A DNA stretch of 62,263 bases, counting the filler, from Porpidia crustulata (Eukaryota), in NCBI GenBank assembly GCA_964255105.1. It is 4 parts of 4 records of this genome, joined end to end, with 100 filler letters (N's around TTAATTAATTAA, not from the genome) between each part and the next. Parts side by side here need not be neighbours in the genome. Positions count along the whole stretch, not along the records: positions 15,613 to 31,114 come from CAXUWE010000305.1; positions 31,215 to 46,701 come from CAXUWE010000306.1; 2 more parts are not named here. One strand, given 5' to 3'. The number at the start of each line of letters is the position of its first letter. The first letter of the stretch is position 1. The notes beneath the pieces are model-generated. The model was given only the letters and a program-made list of their open reading frames with translations, was not told where the DNA came from and did no database searches. Both the position numbers and the translations under genes were made by a program. Below are positions 24,885 to 37,737 of this stretch, in pieces.

Positions 24885-27800
24885 ATGCAGGTACGGCACA
24901 ACATCTTTGAGCACTTTTGTTCCATCCTCGTGTGTCTGGTCCTGAGTTCGCACCTCTTTACTTGTCACCGTCTACCCTGGAATGTCTCGTTGCGCACTCT
25001 CTCCTTGCTCCCACTGAAACTGTCTCTACCCGCTACGAGCTTTTGAGGGTTCGAGAAGACGTCCAAGCTTACGAAGGATTTGCTATATAGACTACGTCGA
25101 GAAATCACGATTTCAGTGGAGGATATGCGGCGAAGCGAGGGCACGTGCCTCAATTATCCATAAGTGACGATAATCATCACGTAACAGAGGCGATTGGGAA
25201 CATGTACGATGATTATGACTACGGGAAGCATGAATTGAGGCCTTTGAGCTTCACTACGTCGTCTCAGCCGGGTCCCGCTACCCACGCTTCGCAATCACCT
25301 AGGGCGGACAATTCAAAGTCTTACGGAGCCCGAGATCGTTCAGCGCAGACAATGTCCAATGAAAGGCTACCTCAGCGTGCAAATGGGTATGGCGCACCCA
25401 TGGGGGGAAGAAGGAACTCTCTCGACCGCGAGACCGGTCACGCTCCAACACGCTCTGTGCATCGCTCAAACTCCGAAACGGCAAACTCTCACTTCCCTCT
25501 GAACGACCTGGATTACGAGTCGAATCCGGCAGCTGTGGCACAAGAGTTGAGTAATTTACAAGCGCTGCGTAGGATGTCCATGGACGTGAACGCTGCAGGC
25601 GATCCAGATCTACCGTCTTTCAGCACGAACTTTAGCGTACCAACTGCTGCACCGACTGGTGCTGTAGATGAAGATGATAGCTCCCGGTTGTTCTGGGTGC
25701 CTGCGCGGATACATCCTGAGCTCGCACCCACGGAGTTCAAGACCTTTCTCGACAGTAAAGTGAATTCAATCAAGCGAAGATCAGGGGAAAAATCGCTCGC
25801 ACCTGGAGGTCTACAACGCGAAGGTTCTGGTGGGGGACTTAGGAGGAAGAAGTCTATGCTGTCGCGGCAGATCGATAATTCAGGGGGACGGGGGGCAGAA
25901 GGATATCAAGACGGGGCGGAGCGATTAGATCGGAAGAGATCCTCGTCGGGAGCTGACAAGCTCACTTCGGGAATCTCGAATCTGCAGGACTTGGAAGCGC
26001 TTGTCAACGACTCAGACAGTGTCATGCAGCGATTGAGTATAGATACGCAGTCTACTGGTACGGGCGGAGAGGTTGTTTCAGGTGAAGATGCACCGATTCT
26101 ACCTGCTCCGCCTGCCGGCAATTCGTTACGAAGATCGACACGCACCACATATCGACGTGGTAGTCTACGTAAACAGGACCGGGTCCCGTTCTCCAAGCGT
26201 GTTGGCAGGCAGGCTGAGGATGGTGAGGATTCGCCAGCGGCATCACCAATAACGCCCGCAGGTGAAGCGCTTAGTCTCGCGCGGGTTCAGACAGAACCTC
26301 TACCTTTCACGGAGAAAATCACCAAGAACTTTTCGAGACCCGAAAGGGTTAACAGGCGCGTGCCCCCACATGCTACCTCATCCACGGCGTTACCGGATGA
26401 GAGTGTGCCACACTCAGCAGTAGAGCTACGAGAAAGGCCTGCCAGGGTCGCTCCACCCAAGCACTTTGTGTCCCAAATCGCCTCCAATGGTCGGTCCAGC
26501 ATTTCACCCGAAAATTTGGGAGTTCCAAAGATCGTCGAAACACCTCCCATCCCCGATGAATCGAAACATGCACCCAAACAGAGTTACCTGCCAGAGCGAA
26601 AGTCGTCACATGAAGCACCTCCGTCGCCTCCGCCGCAAACAACATTGCCAACAGCACCATCTCCAGCCCAGAGGCCGAGAATACCCGCCCAAAATCGACA
26701 GAATCACGGTGAAAAGGGCAACCAGACGCTCAAGGATATGGCGGCACATCCTTCTCCTTTGCCCGGCAATAGTACTCGGACGGATAGCTTATCATTTATA
26801 CCTACTTTGACGGAAGACAGGAAGGCTGATATCAAAAAGGTCAAGGACAAGAAGGACAAGGACGCTGGTGATGGCCCAAGGAAATCGAGCTGGAGCTGGG
26901 GCTCGATTTTGGGAAATGAAGAAAAGGAGAAGGAAAGGAAGAAGGAGGAGGAGGCCAAGAAAGTCAAGTCGAAGTTGACGAAGCCAGCCGATAAGTCCCA
27001 TGACAGCACTAGATTGGACTTGCTGCAAACCACGATGGAAGGCACCCGAGGTCGGGAGAGCGTAGTACTTGATCGTGGGGATTTAAAACTCGAGGAGGAA
27101 CGGAAAAAAGAGAGCAGTAGGAAATCATCTGGCAGTGATACCAAAAAAGAAAAGGATTCCGGCCTCTTCTCGTCCTTCTTTGGAGGTGGCAAGAAGAAAG
27201 GGGAGCGAGAGTCGGTGGGTAAGAAGCATTTTTCCCGCAATCTGTCCTCAGAACCACCCCAACGGATACTTAAGCCGGATATCGACTACAACTGGACTCG
27301 GTTCTCGATTCTTGAAGAGCGAGCAATTTACCGCATGGCACACATTAAACTTGCCAATCCTCGTCGCGCACTACACTCTCAAGTTCTACTCAGTAATTTT
27401 ATGTATTCTTATCTTGCCAAGGTCCAACAAATGCACCCTCAGATCCAAATACCCCAATCTGCAGCCCAGAAGCACCAGCAAGCCCAGCAAGCTCAACAAG
27501 CCCAGCAGAGGAAAGCCGATCAACCAGAGGAGTACCAGCAGTACCAAAAATATCAAGAGGTAAGTAAATGATCAAACACAGATCGAAGAGAAAAACTAAG
27601 CTTCGCCAGCAACAGCAAAAGCAACAAAGCCAGGAGGAAGCACAATCACACACTCCTTCCACGGCGCAGTCACAAGCCCCCTTGAGGCAGCGTGCATCGC
27701 GAGAGACCCTGGAGGAGTCGCAGCCTGCCGGTGATCATTCAAATCATAACAACATGCATCGCCCACAATCTCGGGCAACACAGCACTCAGTCCATAATAC

Positions 27801-27957
27801 GGAAAATGGCAATGGGTATTCCAACACACCCGCTGGCAGCCATCACCATCGTACGCAGCAATATATAGGAAAGCCCTCGCAGCAAGCCTCGTCTTATCAA
27901 TACCAGCACTCACAGTTTGACGAGCCCGGACGATCAACCGATGATGATATGTGGTGA
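24885..27957 (+). CDS. ZDS1: Zds1/Zds2-like PP2A-Cdc55 regulator (Zds_C domain)
   Basis: MQ|TTSRNHDFSGGY...LSISDDNHHVTEAIG; LFWVPARIHPELAP; Zds_C RFSILEERAIYRMAHIKLANPRRALHSQVLLSNFMYSYL; ends DDDMW*. The last intron boundary is uncertain. Confidence 0.85.
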
Positions 27958-28398
27958 AATAATCGGGATTTAAGGTAATCACTAAAGTAATTTGGCACGC
28001 GCGGACGGAGTTATAGCGACACTCGATGGAGACCTACGAGCTTCTTCGTCAGGGGAGAAGTTTCTTTCTCAGCATGTAAGGTTTCGCACTACCTCGTTTT
28101 ATTCCACGTCAGGGTGATGTATTTGGACGACTGCAGGAAAGGTTCGAATATGGGGTTCACGAGTGGCTGGATAATGGGAAGCGCTCATATCACTGATAAA
28201 CTCTTTCTTTGATGTATATTTATGAGACATAAGGGCGTTGCATGAGTTTTTAGAGACATTGGGGCGGTTCTGAACCACCTCGACCGTGCACGAATTGATT
28301 TGATGTCAACATGCATCGCTTGATGAGGAATCTCGGATTGCGCCACATTGCTTGCATGCTCCAAGACCCCTGCTTGAACGTCATCATCCCGGACCATG

Positions 28399-28664
28399 CA
28401 CAGGGGGTGCCATAAGTCAGTGGAGTCAGCCCTACCATTGTAGCTCCAGTCCCATCAAAACATCGAATTCGAATGAGATCAAATTAGCAAGAAGAAAATA
28501 CGGACACGCATTCAAGAATGCTCTGACAGTGCGTTCGACTAATAGAATTCGATGATAAGCTCATTATATCAGATTTATGATGATAGCTTCATGTAAATAG
28601 CTATTTAATGTTTTGGTGAGGCCTGGGTAGGGCTGACTCCACTGACTTATGGCACCCCCTGCGG
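28399..28664. mobile_element. Non-autonomous DNA transposon (MITE), copy 2, same TIR family as 14514-14768
   Basis: Perfect 36-bp inverted repeats CAGGGGGTGCCATAAGTCAGTGGAGTCAGCCCTACC at 28401-28436 and 28626-28661. Confidence 0.85.
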
Positions 28665-28859
28665 ATGAGGAATCCTGCTTGAATGTCATCATCCCGGACC
28701 GTGTGGCGCTAGAGGCGATTTGATAGACACAGAGTAATTTTGCCTTACGGTTGATGCAATGCACTTCGATAGAACCCATCTTGATTCCAATTACTTCAAC
28801 AAGCTCAGCCTCTATCCGTCGTGAATCAGTCGCTCGTACGCCTTATATAGAACCGCCAT

Positions 28860-29568
28860 ATGCGCTTTCCTTCCTTCCCAACAATCGTTCGCACATTCTA
28901 CACCATTACAAACACAACATCCCGGGTACCACCCGCCTCACAAAGAGCTATAGCACCTTTTACCAGAGGGACTGTTCTTAAGTCTATGCCCACCATCCCA
29001 TTCTTGGGGACGCTATTCAGCAGCAGCTCGAGTTCAATAGATATGTCGTACCCAGTCCAGAAAAGTGACGATGAGTGGCGGGCCATATTAAACCCAGGTA
29101 ACTATCCTTCGTCAAGGTTCCTGCGCTAGCATTGTTGCCACCATCATGCAGTAGCAATGCCTAGAGGCTCTACGAAGGCTAACATTTAATTCAGAGCAAT
29201 TCCGCATAATCCGCGAAAAAGGTACTGAAGCCCCTTATACCGGTGCCTACGACAAACACATGCCTTCCTCGGGCGTCTACACCTGCGCGGCCTGCGAAGC
29301 TCCTCTGTACAACGCCACCCACAAGTTCAAGTCTGGTTGCGGATGGCCCGCATACTTCGACGCTATTCCAGGTGCCGTGACGAGACATACGGACCGCGCG
29401 TTTGGAATGGCCAGGACGGAGATTGTGTGTACAAAGTGCGGGGGGCATTTGGGGCATGTGTTCAAGGGAGAGGGATATCCTACGCCAACAGACGAGAGAC
29501 ATTGTGTGAATAGCATTAGTTTGACTTTCAAGAAGGACGACGTGGAGGGTGGGGCGAGCAAGGTCTAG
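28860..29568 (+). CDS. msrB: Peptide-methionine (R)-S-oxide reductase MsrB (2 exons)
   Basis: KSDDEWRAILNP|EQFRIIREKGTEAP; CAAC; KFKSGCGWPAYF; RTEIVCTKCGGHLGHVF; RHCVNS. Confidence 0.95.
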
Positions 29569-29882
29569 TGGACGAGTTCGACGGTCGGAGGATAATTGAC
29601 GAGGTAGATGAATTACGAGAAATCTTTGTCATGGAGAGGCAGCATTGACGCTGTAATTGCCGATAACAAAGAGAAATGTTCTGTAATATCTGTAGCAAGT
29701 CTTTATCTCCAAAACCTCGCTTATCTTATCTTGCTCCAAAGCGTAGTCGTAGCTTTGACGACCCGCGGCAGTGAATTGTTTGGATGCGGAATCGTACTCA
29801 TGTTAAGGCAACCATATTTCATAAATACAGACCCTCAATTCCAACTTAGTTCCCGACAATCAACCGCATTCCAAGTCACAAA

Positions 29883-31114
29883 ATGTCGAGAAGAGCGCCT
29901 AATCCCGCTGCAGACCGTGCGGCTCAGAATCAGCAGACCATCAAAACATTACTGAAGCTGGAAGCTAATAAGAGCTGTGCCGATTGCAAAAGAAACAAAC
30001 GTAAGAAGAGCAATACACAGGCTGCGCTAGATATTTCGGCCTATATCATACATTGCTGACAATCTGCCTCTCTATCTAGATCCAAGATGGGCAAGTTGGA
30101 ACCTAGGAATATTCGTTTGCATTCGGTATGTGATTATCCTTCGGGAGTGAAGCCTTCACCGTCCTGACATTAAGTCTAGATGTTCCGGAATCCATCGAGG
30201 TATGGGTACCCACATAAGCCGTGTCAAGTCTGTAGATCTGGACGCTTGGACCGACGAGCAGCTGCAGAGCGTGCTTCGATGGGGAAATACCCGGGCAAAC
30301 AGGTGAGACCTCAACCGGTAAGAAGCCAGAGCAATGTTTTTAATGGTGTGTAGGTACTGGGAGGCGAAGCTTGCGCCAGGTCATGTTCCATCAGATTCGT
30401 AAGCCTATCAATTCCCGCTTGAGCGATTGATGTTGAGCAACTACAGGAAGATTGAGAATTTCATACGAACGAAGTACGAGTCTAAGCGGTGGGTAATGGA
30501 AGGGCCGATGCCAGATCCAGCGACACTAGATGATGATGATGACGTTGTAAGTCTCTAGAATTGATGTTGATAGGGTGGTCATGCTCATACTGACGTTTCG
30601 ACAACAGCCCCTGAATGTAGTCCAAGAAAAGGCCAAGCTAGAGCGATCAGCATCGCAACGAGCAACGTCCACTTCGGGTCAGCCACCTCCGCCAGTACCG
30701 AGAGCTGTCCAGAACGTTGATTTGTTCGGCGATGTGCCAGCCCCTCCTGCTCGACCAAGTACCACTGATGTTGCTGGTGGCCGTCCTCCGCCTCCGAAAG
30801 CATCGGCGCCGCCCAAGTCGGCAAAACCTGCAGATTCCCTCTTGGGACTAGATTTCTTCAGTGGACCTCCGTCGGCTTCTTCTGGTAGATCTGCCAGTGC
30901 TACATCGACCCCTGCAGCCTCAAGTGGCCCTTCAAGGCCAGACCTCAAGCAGTCCATTCTCTCGCTGTACGCTTCAGCTCCTCCACCAAAACCGCGAGAA
31001 TCTCAAAACTCCTTTGGTGGCATGCAGTCCCCTTCTGCGCAACAGCAATCAGGTTTTGGTGATATGAATGACGCCTTCGGTGGCTTAAGCTTCAATGCTA
31101 CCTCCCCTTCTACC
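29883..31114 (+). CDS. ArfGAP domain protein (SMAP/Age2-like), truncated at contig end
   Basis: [76 protein letters not shown]. Confidence 0.9.
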
Positions 31115-31214
31115 NNNNNNNNNNNNNNNNNNNNNNNNNNNNNNNNNNNNNNNNNNNNTTAATTAATTAANNNNNNNNNNNNNNNNNNNNNNNNNNNNNN
31201 NNNNNNNNNNNNNN
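31115..31214. other. Artificial contig-joining spacer
   Basis: 44 N + TTAATTAATTAA + 44 N. Confidence 0.98.
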
Positions 31215-33607
31215 CCCCACGCCCTTGGCGGGACAGCTAACGCCAGGGAACGAAGCTGAAACCCAACCCTAGGCAGAGTGGCCGATATGGCGGATGCCTG
31301 CTTAAAGCCCTCAGCCGAGCCCGAGAACCCTGGACGTGCGTCCATGATGACGCGAGCGAGCGCGTCCGGGCTGCGACGATGCGTCGCGTGCAGATAAATA
31401 TGATATCTGCGTTTCGACAAAGCCGTTATCTTATGTGTCTCGTTCGTGTCGAATGTAAAGCAATGGTCCAAAGAGGCACGATGCCAAATCGCAAGTTGAC
31501 ATGACTGTGTCGTGGGTCATGCGTCCAGCATCTTTGCTAACTTGCGAGTTTTGGAGCTTCGAAAGCATTGCGCGAGGCATCAGCCTTGTCTTGAATGGCC
31601 GTCCAGATCACATTTGATCTGCTGCATGCCTTTGTCCCAGAGCACAGCCACACACGGCGTTGTTGGACCATCTACGTCGCCTATTTCGTTAAGCCACCGC
31701 ACCCTCCCACTATTCTAATTGTCCCTTATCTCACGACAATCTCAATATCAACCGATATTTCCCCTGTCCTTCGTCGGCCCGGTGAGGCTACCATTTTACC
31801 GCCTCCAAAAACAGCTCAGGCACCTTCACGGGACATCTCAACATTACCATCGGCCCCTGCTGGTATTTAGCTAAAGCGGACTTTAGTTTGGATAAGACCT
31901 GATTCCGCAATGTTCCAGATGCCAAGCTTGGAACGGTTAAAGGCTGTCCGCGGGAATGCACGACCGAATCCCCGGCGATATAGATTCCGTCACTGATGAC
32001 AAGCGGTAAGCACGCACCGTGGTCTTCTCGAGCTTGTGGTTGACGAGTGTATGATCGGTGCCGGGGCGGCGCTCTCCGCAATTACATAGAGTAGTGGGGT
32101 CTGTGTTCCATTTCACGCGTGCGTGTACGCATGAATGAGACATCCGAGAATCCTCGAGAGAATTCTTCGTCGATGCAGTCCAAATTGCAAAGTTATCCAA
32201 CAAAAGATCGAAAGCCCTTGGCATCTCTGGTTGAAGACTCACCCAATAATAGCCGCTCGTCTGGAACTATTATCATTTTGATCTATTCGTAGGGAATCCT
32301 GCCTGTAAAACCGCTGATGACGTTGACTTCGCCTGGTTGTGCATTTAATGGCACCCAAGGTCCTAAAGCATAATCCTCTTGGTAGCTTACAAGTCCATCA
32401 AGCAGCTGCATATGATTAGATAGCTTTCTTTTAGTACTGAGATAATTCTGCGGTTCCCTTTGAATAGTTGATTAATTGTAGAGATAGCTTTGATCTCGGA
32501 GTTCTCAGGCAAAGGACGTGATCTCTTGAGGGTTATTTCAATACTCTGTAAGTTTCCACATTTTCGGATCGGATCCTTTTAATGAAGAAGTATGATTTCT
32601 GATATCGAGCCTTGAAAGAGTTTCGGGAGGTTGGTTTTGGATGACGCGCCTGTTTCGAGAACGCAATCGGTAAATTGAAGAATCCCTTTCCGAGTGCACC
32701 TAATCCTACAAGTAACTTACCGATTTCTACGAATTTTTTACTCTATTAAAAATTATTACTAATTCAGTCGGGACTTTTGGTCAATTCCAGGATCGCTGCA
32801 CACCTTTTGCAATCCACGATATAATGCGTATATTGCCGTCTTAGGGCTGACCTCTTAAGCCTCGTCGAGCGAAGACCATTGTGTATCCGAAAGCTTCGAC
32901 AAACTCTGCAAATTACCCATATGCGCTTTCCTGCAGACGCCACAGAACAAAAATTCCACAGTACGCACGACTCCAGCCAAACCGGACAATAAGATATCGC
33001 GTCTGGTTTCTCGACTCAAGATAGCGACCGACATGATCCGATGGCCTCGGAGTTGGGTTTCGAGACATACCGTTCGCAAAGATCGGCCCGAAGGTAGGGG
33101 CTACAAATACGGAGCTCATCGAGTAAAGGACAGTCTCAGAGATACCAATTGCTCTAAACGTAAATCACTTTGGGACCAAAATGGAGCATTGAGGCTCTAC
33201 CGGAAGTAAGTGATTCGGAAAATCCGACCTATTCACGTCACGCTTACCTGCTCGGTTAGATGGATAGTTGTCGTTCAGAAGAAGAGGTATGGCAGGATAG
33301 AGCCTCTCAGTGATGGTAATACTATAATAGCACCGAGACTCGGAGAGGGCTTACCTATTCCCAATCTCGGTACCGTTGTGTATTTCGTTCGATTCCACGG
33401 TGCTAGCGACGATGGAAGAATCGACGATAGCATTTTAATCACTGTCGATTACAACGCCTACTTTTCCATCCCGCACCGTCATGATTTTGTCGTTCAGCAT
33501 TGAATTATGATCAGTTCGATTCCTATTGGCACTGTTACAGCGGTGTAGTGGTTTTATCTTACTTTATGATGGCGATCTATGGTTCTAAACTCTATTTTTC
33601 CTTTTTT

Positions 33608-35181
33608 TTCAAGCTCCAATGTGGACCCCAATACTCCCACAGCTCCCTTCCTTTCTCGCTCTCACCCCTCACGTGACCGTTGGGAGCGCGGAACCGACTG
33701 AGCCCCGTTGACCGATCGTAGCTCTCGTGACTACATGCTTAGCGCTTGCCGCCTCCTCCTGGGAGGGTGACCATGAAGTTCGGAGTCATAAAGCCGGTTA
33801 TTGTGCCTCTGATATGGGAATCGAGAGAGAGGAGTTCGGAGGTCTTCGACGCCGCGAACCAAATAATGCTGGAAAACGTAGTACTAGGTGACGATTTGGT
33901 TGGAGGTTTAGACTATGTGCTGCTGCTACTGCTAGACGAAGAGCTATCAATAGCAGAGCCGGGTACTATAGCGGAAACATTGGAAGGTATTGGCTTACGG
34001 GCTGGATGTTCAAGGCAGCAAGCCGCCGGATAAGCTTGGTCATGGTTTCAACGTCGCTGTTGACTTCATTCAATAAGACTGTTTGGTTGCGCACTTGGAC
34101 GCCAGCTTTAAAGAGACGGCGCGCTGCCGCCTTGGTGACCCACGTGATTTCATTCGGATGATTGAAATGCGTGTGCAGACTGATGCTCTTGCTCATAGCT
34201 CTGCCTTCATTGCTCAGCTGTATTAGTGCTGCTGTCCACGTATCATCGGGGTCAACCAGTCGTGACGGGCAAACGGCTAGACCCTTGCTGGCGAAGCGAA
34301 GGCGAAGGATATGCGGCATTGCTAGAAGACGGCGGCCAATCGCTAAAAGCTGTAAATCACTTATATACGTTCGATGTATGCGAATATAGAATCCCATTTC
34401 TTCATGATAGGAAGAAAACGGACTTTAAATACACCGGCAGTATTTACACCCGTACTATAGGAGCGTGTACAAAAACGGCAGTAAACCGGGCAAAACGGAA
34501 GTGGCTACTCACGAAGCACTACGAGTAGGTGAACTAGACACTCGAATGAACAAGAAAAAACAGCTTTGTCTGAGTAACGATGAAAAAGATTTTTAACAGA
34601 ACAGTCGATGATTTCGTTGAAAGAATTCAAACGAAGCTCGGGATGATCTGCAAGGAGTCGAAAACCCATTGGGATAAATTGACAAAGTAGAGGGTCAGAG
34701 AAGGGTTGTTGCCAGTTAATGAGGCTGAGGCCATGAGTCAGGCGGACGGACATGGGCGCCTTTTGTACACCGTCGTTGACATCTTCAATAAACTGATTTT
34801 GATTGACAGAGCTCGAGGAGTGGCCAATCCCCGAAGAATCAGGCGACACAGTTGGGGGTAAGACGGAGCGTATGAAGGCCGCAAGCTGAGCATGTGTCTG
34901 GATGGTATGTATTCTTTACCTTCATCGTGAGCTGCGTCGTTGTCTTTGGTCGGTCTTGAGGCTACCTGCCACTTGTAACTCAGAAAATCTTCTATACTCA
35001 TGTTCCTCCACTGCGGAATCTTCCGCCAGTAGCGATCTTGGTTAGCAGTTTGTCGTAGTATCTCCACTGGTAAAAGCGTCTCGTTGCGGGTAGCAAGCGC
35101 ACGCCTGCAGAATAATCGGAGGGGACTCCAAATCGTAGCCTTCGAAGCAAGAGCAAACGGGGCACTTGAAACGAGCAGCAT
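33608..35181 (-). pseudogene. Lysine 2,3-aminomutase (KamA)-family radical SAM/PLP enzyme, disrupted
   Basis: Ordered KamA motifs across frames: FLSYKWQ, DPLLCQFIP, HRYSDK, CPVYCRFC-TR (34469-34492), HTHFNHPNEIT, VRNQTVLL, YYVFQ, GFMTPNF and LPGGGGKR. Lesions: 4-bp insertion ~34906-34911, +1 at 34492-34495, deletion of the SGGD segment ~34365, deletion ~33825, TAA at 33739-33741. Confidence 0.88.
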
Positions 35182-35704
35182 GCTGTCAAGCTAAGTTGCT
35201 TCACGGAATGTCGATGGCGTTCAAGTTCCTCCTTCTGCCCCTCAGATCGGAACTCGTCTGAGATAGCAGAGCAGCCTGGGATAGGGATCAAGCTAAGTAG
35301 TACCCCAAAACGGTGGCTCTCGAGCGCTGAATCTAGAGCCAGATGAGCTTAATGATATGTTCATTGTATATTCCAGTCGCTGTCTAGCCTCTCCTCGATA
35401 AGGTAGGTAAGAGTAAGCTACATGCAATCATCCTGATTATTGGCAGCAGAGGATAGAACGAGAAAAAGGAAACCAAATATACCAAGCCGTTTTACTGCAA
35501 CTACTAAGACATAGCTCCCATGCTCCCTTTGAAGAGTAGGACCGTGAGAGGCATCATATTTCCTATACTAAGCGGTAAGCGTAACACATCCCAGAAATGT
35601 AATCTGTATCTAGTGTAGAAAGCATCGCTAGTCACCGGCCCACCTAACCAAAAAAAACAATGTGTCGCTAATTAATTAATCTGTCAAGTAGGTCCTAGGA
35701 ACTC

Positions 35705-37737
35705 TCATGCCTCCGGCTCTAGTTCAATGACAGGTCCTTGGTAGGTCTTCTTCCCTTGCACGACATACCAGATAGTTGCAAATAGCGTTGTTGCTCCAAA
35801 CATCAGCACGCTCATGTTCATGGTCGATGGGGTTGGGTTGACTTCTGGCGGCCAGAAGCTGAAGAAGATTGTTACAGCCAGAAAGGCACATGACAGCACG
35901 TTAATGAGTATTCCCAGCGCACCGCGCAGGTGCCATGGCCCCCAGCTGAGCTCGGGTACAGAGCTCTCATCGCCGATGACGATCGTCTGGAATACAGGCG
36001 CGTTGTAAGACATGAAACCTGTACAGCGGCGCCAAAGCAGGAGTGCGCAGACGAGAAAGTAGGAGAGGAGGAGGGAGGAGACGGTGAGAGAAACAATATC
36101 GTTGAAGACAATTGGGCCGGCGAGGTTTAGTAAGGCAAGGAGACAAGAGACAATGACGGTAACGGCGATCGCATTCATGGGTATATGGTTTTTGCCATCA
36201 ACCTGCGAAGCTCGAAGTTAGAAAGCCGGGCTCATTGTAGAACAGATGCTATGGATCTCACTTTAATCAGAATCCTCCAACCAGGCACGCCATGGTCTCG
36301 AGCGAAAGCCCAAAGCATGCGAGAAGTTGCGGCCATGATGCCGATGGCCGCAAACATTTGCATCAGAAAAATGACTATACTCATAACCATCGTAGCAGCC
36401 ACTGATTGGGTCGCTTGCTGGAAGATTGCCATGAATGCGAATCGAGTTTGGGAATCGAGAGCAGCGTCTAGATCATCGGCGCAGAATAAAGCTGCAATCA
36501 GCGCTGCAAGTCCCAGGACTCCGTTGAAGATGATGGAGATGAACATGCTCCTTGGCGAAACTTTGGCTGCGTTTTCTGTTTCTTCTGCCATGTGTATCAC
36601 GGAATCTGACCCCAGAAAGTCAAAAACAGCTCCGCTCAGAATCGTCATAAATGCCACTCCTTGCGTTGGCCATCCGCCGTGGTTGTCAAAGGTCGTGAAG
36701 ACAACCTTGGCGTCCGAATGAGCGGCTAGGTATATCATCGGCACTAGAATGGCGAAGAATCCCACAATGTGGAGAATCATCCCAAGAGTCTCTACGTGAG
36801 GCAGCAGATTGCCCAATATGGTGTTGAAGAAGACTGCACCGCGAATTAGTTCGAACGGGCTTTACGTAGGATATGAGGCTACCAGCGAATGCCACCATCG
36901 CCCAGACCAAAAGAACACCCTGCCATAGTGTGGGCTTAAAATCTGGATTTGCCAAGACGATCAGACCTTGGATGAGCGTTGCGCAAATGTAGACCGTCGT
37001 TGCTGTAATAGCTTGCCAGCCAATCAAGGTGATCCAGCCTGTTCCGTGAGCTCGCTGACTTCTTCCATTTGTTGAAGAACATACCAGTGATATAACTCAT
37101 GAATTTTCGATATGACCTTGGCGCAAGCATTGCGACCCAATAATATTGTCCTCCACTGATTGGGGCGCTATCGAGGCTGTAAGCTCCTTGTGGTGTAAAT
37201 GCTTAACAAAGTATCCAACATACATTGAGGTCATCTCTCCTATTGTTGTAAATACGCAGAGCAATCCCGCCCAAACCAGGATGAAGGCGTATATGATACC
37301 CGCAGGTCCACCGCTGGCACACTTGTTAGCTTTAACGAATTTGGTTTCGGGCTCCACCGGTCTTATTCTTACTTTGGTAGGCCAAGTGATAGGGTGCTAA
37401 CTCAACGTCAGCGTATTCGAGTAACGAGATTGAGCACGAGAGACTTACAGAAACGTCGCTTCCCACGTGATAATCACAGTACAAGCAAAGCTCAAAATTG
37501 GTAAGAATGTGAAATTTCGCTTCATAAGATCAGCTCTCCGAGGAAAAGATTGTTTTGATAACGTCGGTCATGGACCTTCAACACCTGTTTCTTCCCCAAG
37601 CGCGCCAAATCCGCTGCATCTCTGCTTGCGATGCTTTCTGCTCTTGATTTCTCGATTTTCGAGTTATGTAGCGAGGGTTCGGATCTACTTTGTCGATTCG
37701 TCAATTCATACGACTTACTTACCGCAGAATTGAACAT
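35705..37737 (-). CDS. Amino acid/choline/GABA permease (APC superfamily, ACT family), about 7 exons
   Basis: DAADLARLGKKQVLK|RNF; NGGPAGIIYAFI; PISGGQYYWVAMLAP; IHMAEETENAA; SRMLWAFARDHGVP; WGPWHLRG; YQGP. No lesion seen on manual splicing. Confidence 0.88.

Noticed and set aside
31215..33500. Fragmentary minus-strand ORFs next to KamA, possibly another decayed cluster gene
   Set aside because: They look protein-like, but I could not identify a family; blastx is needed.
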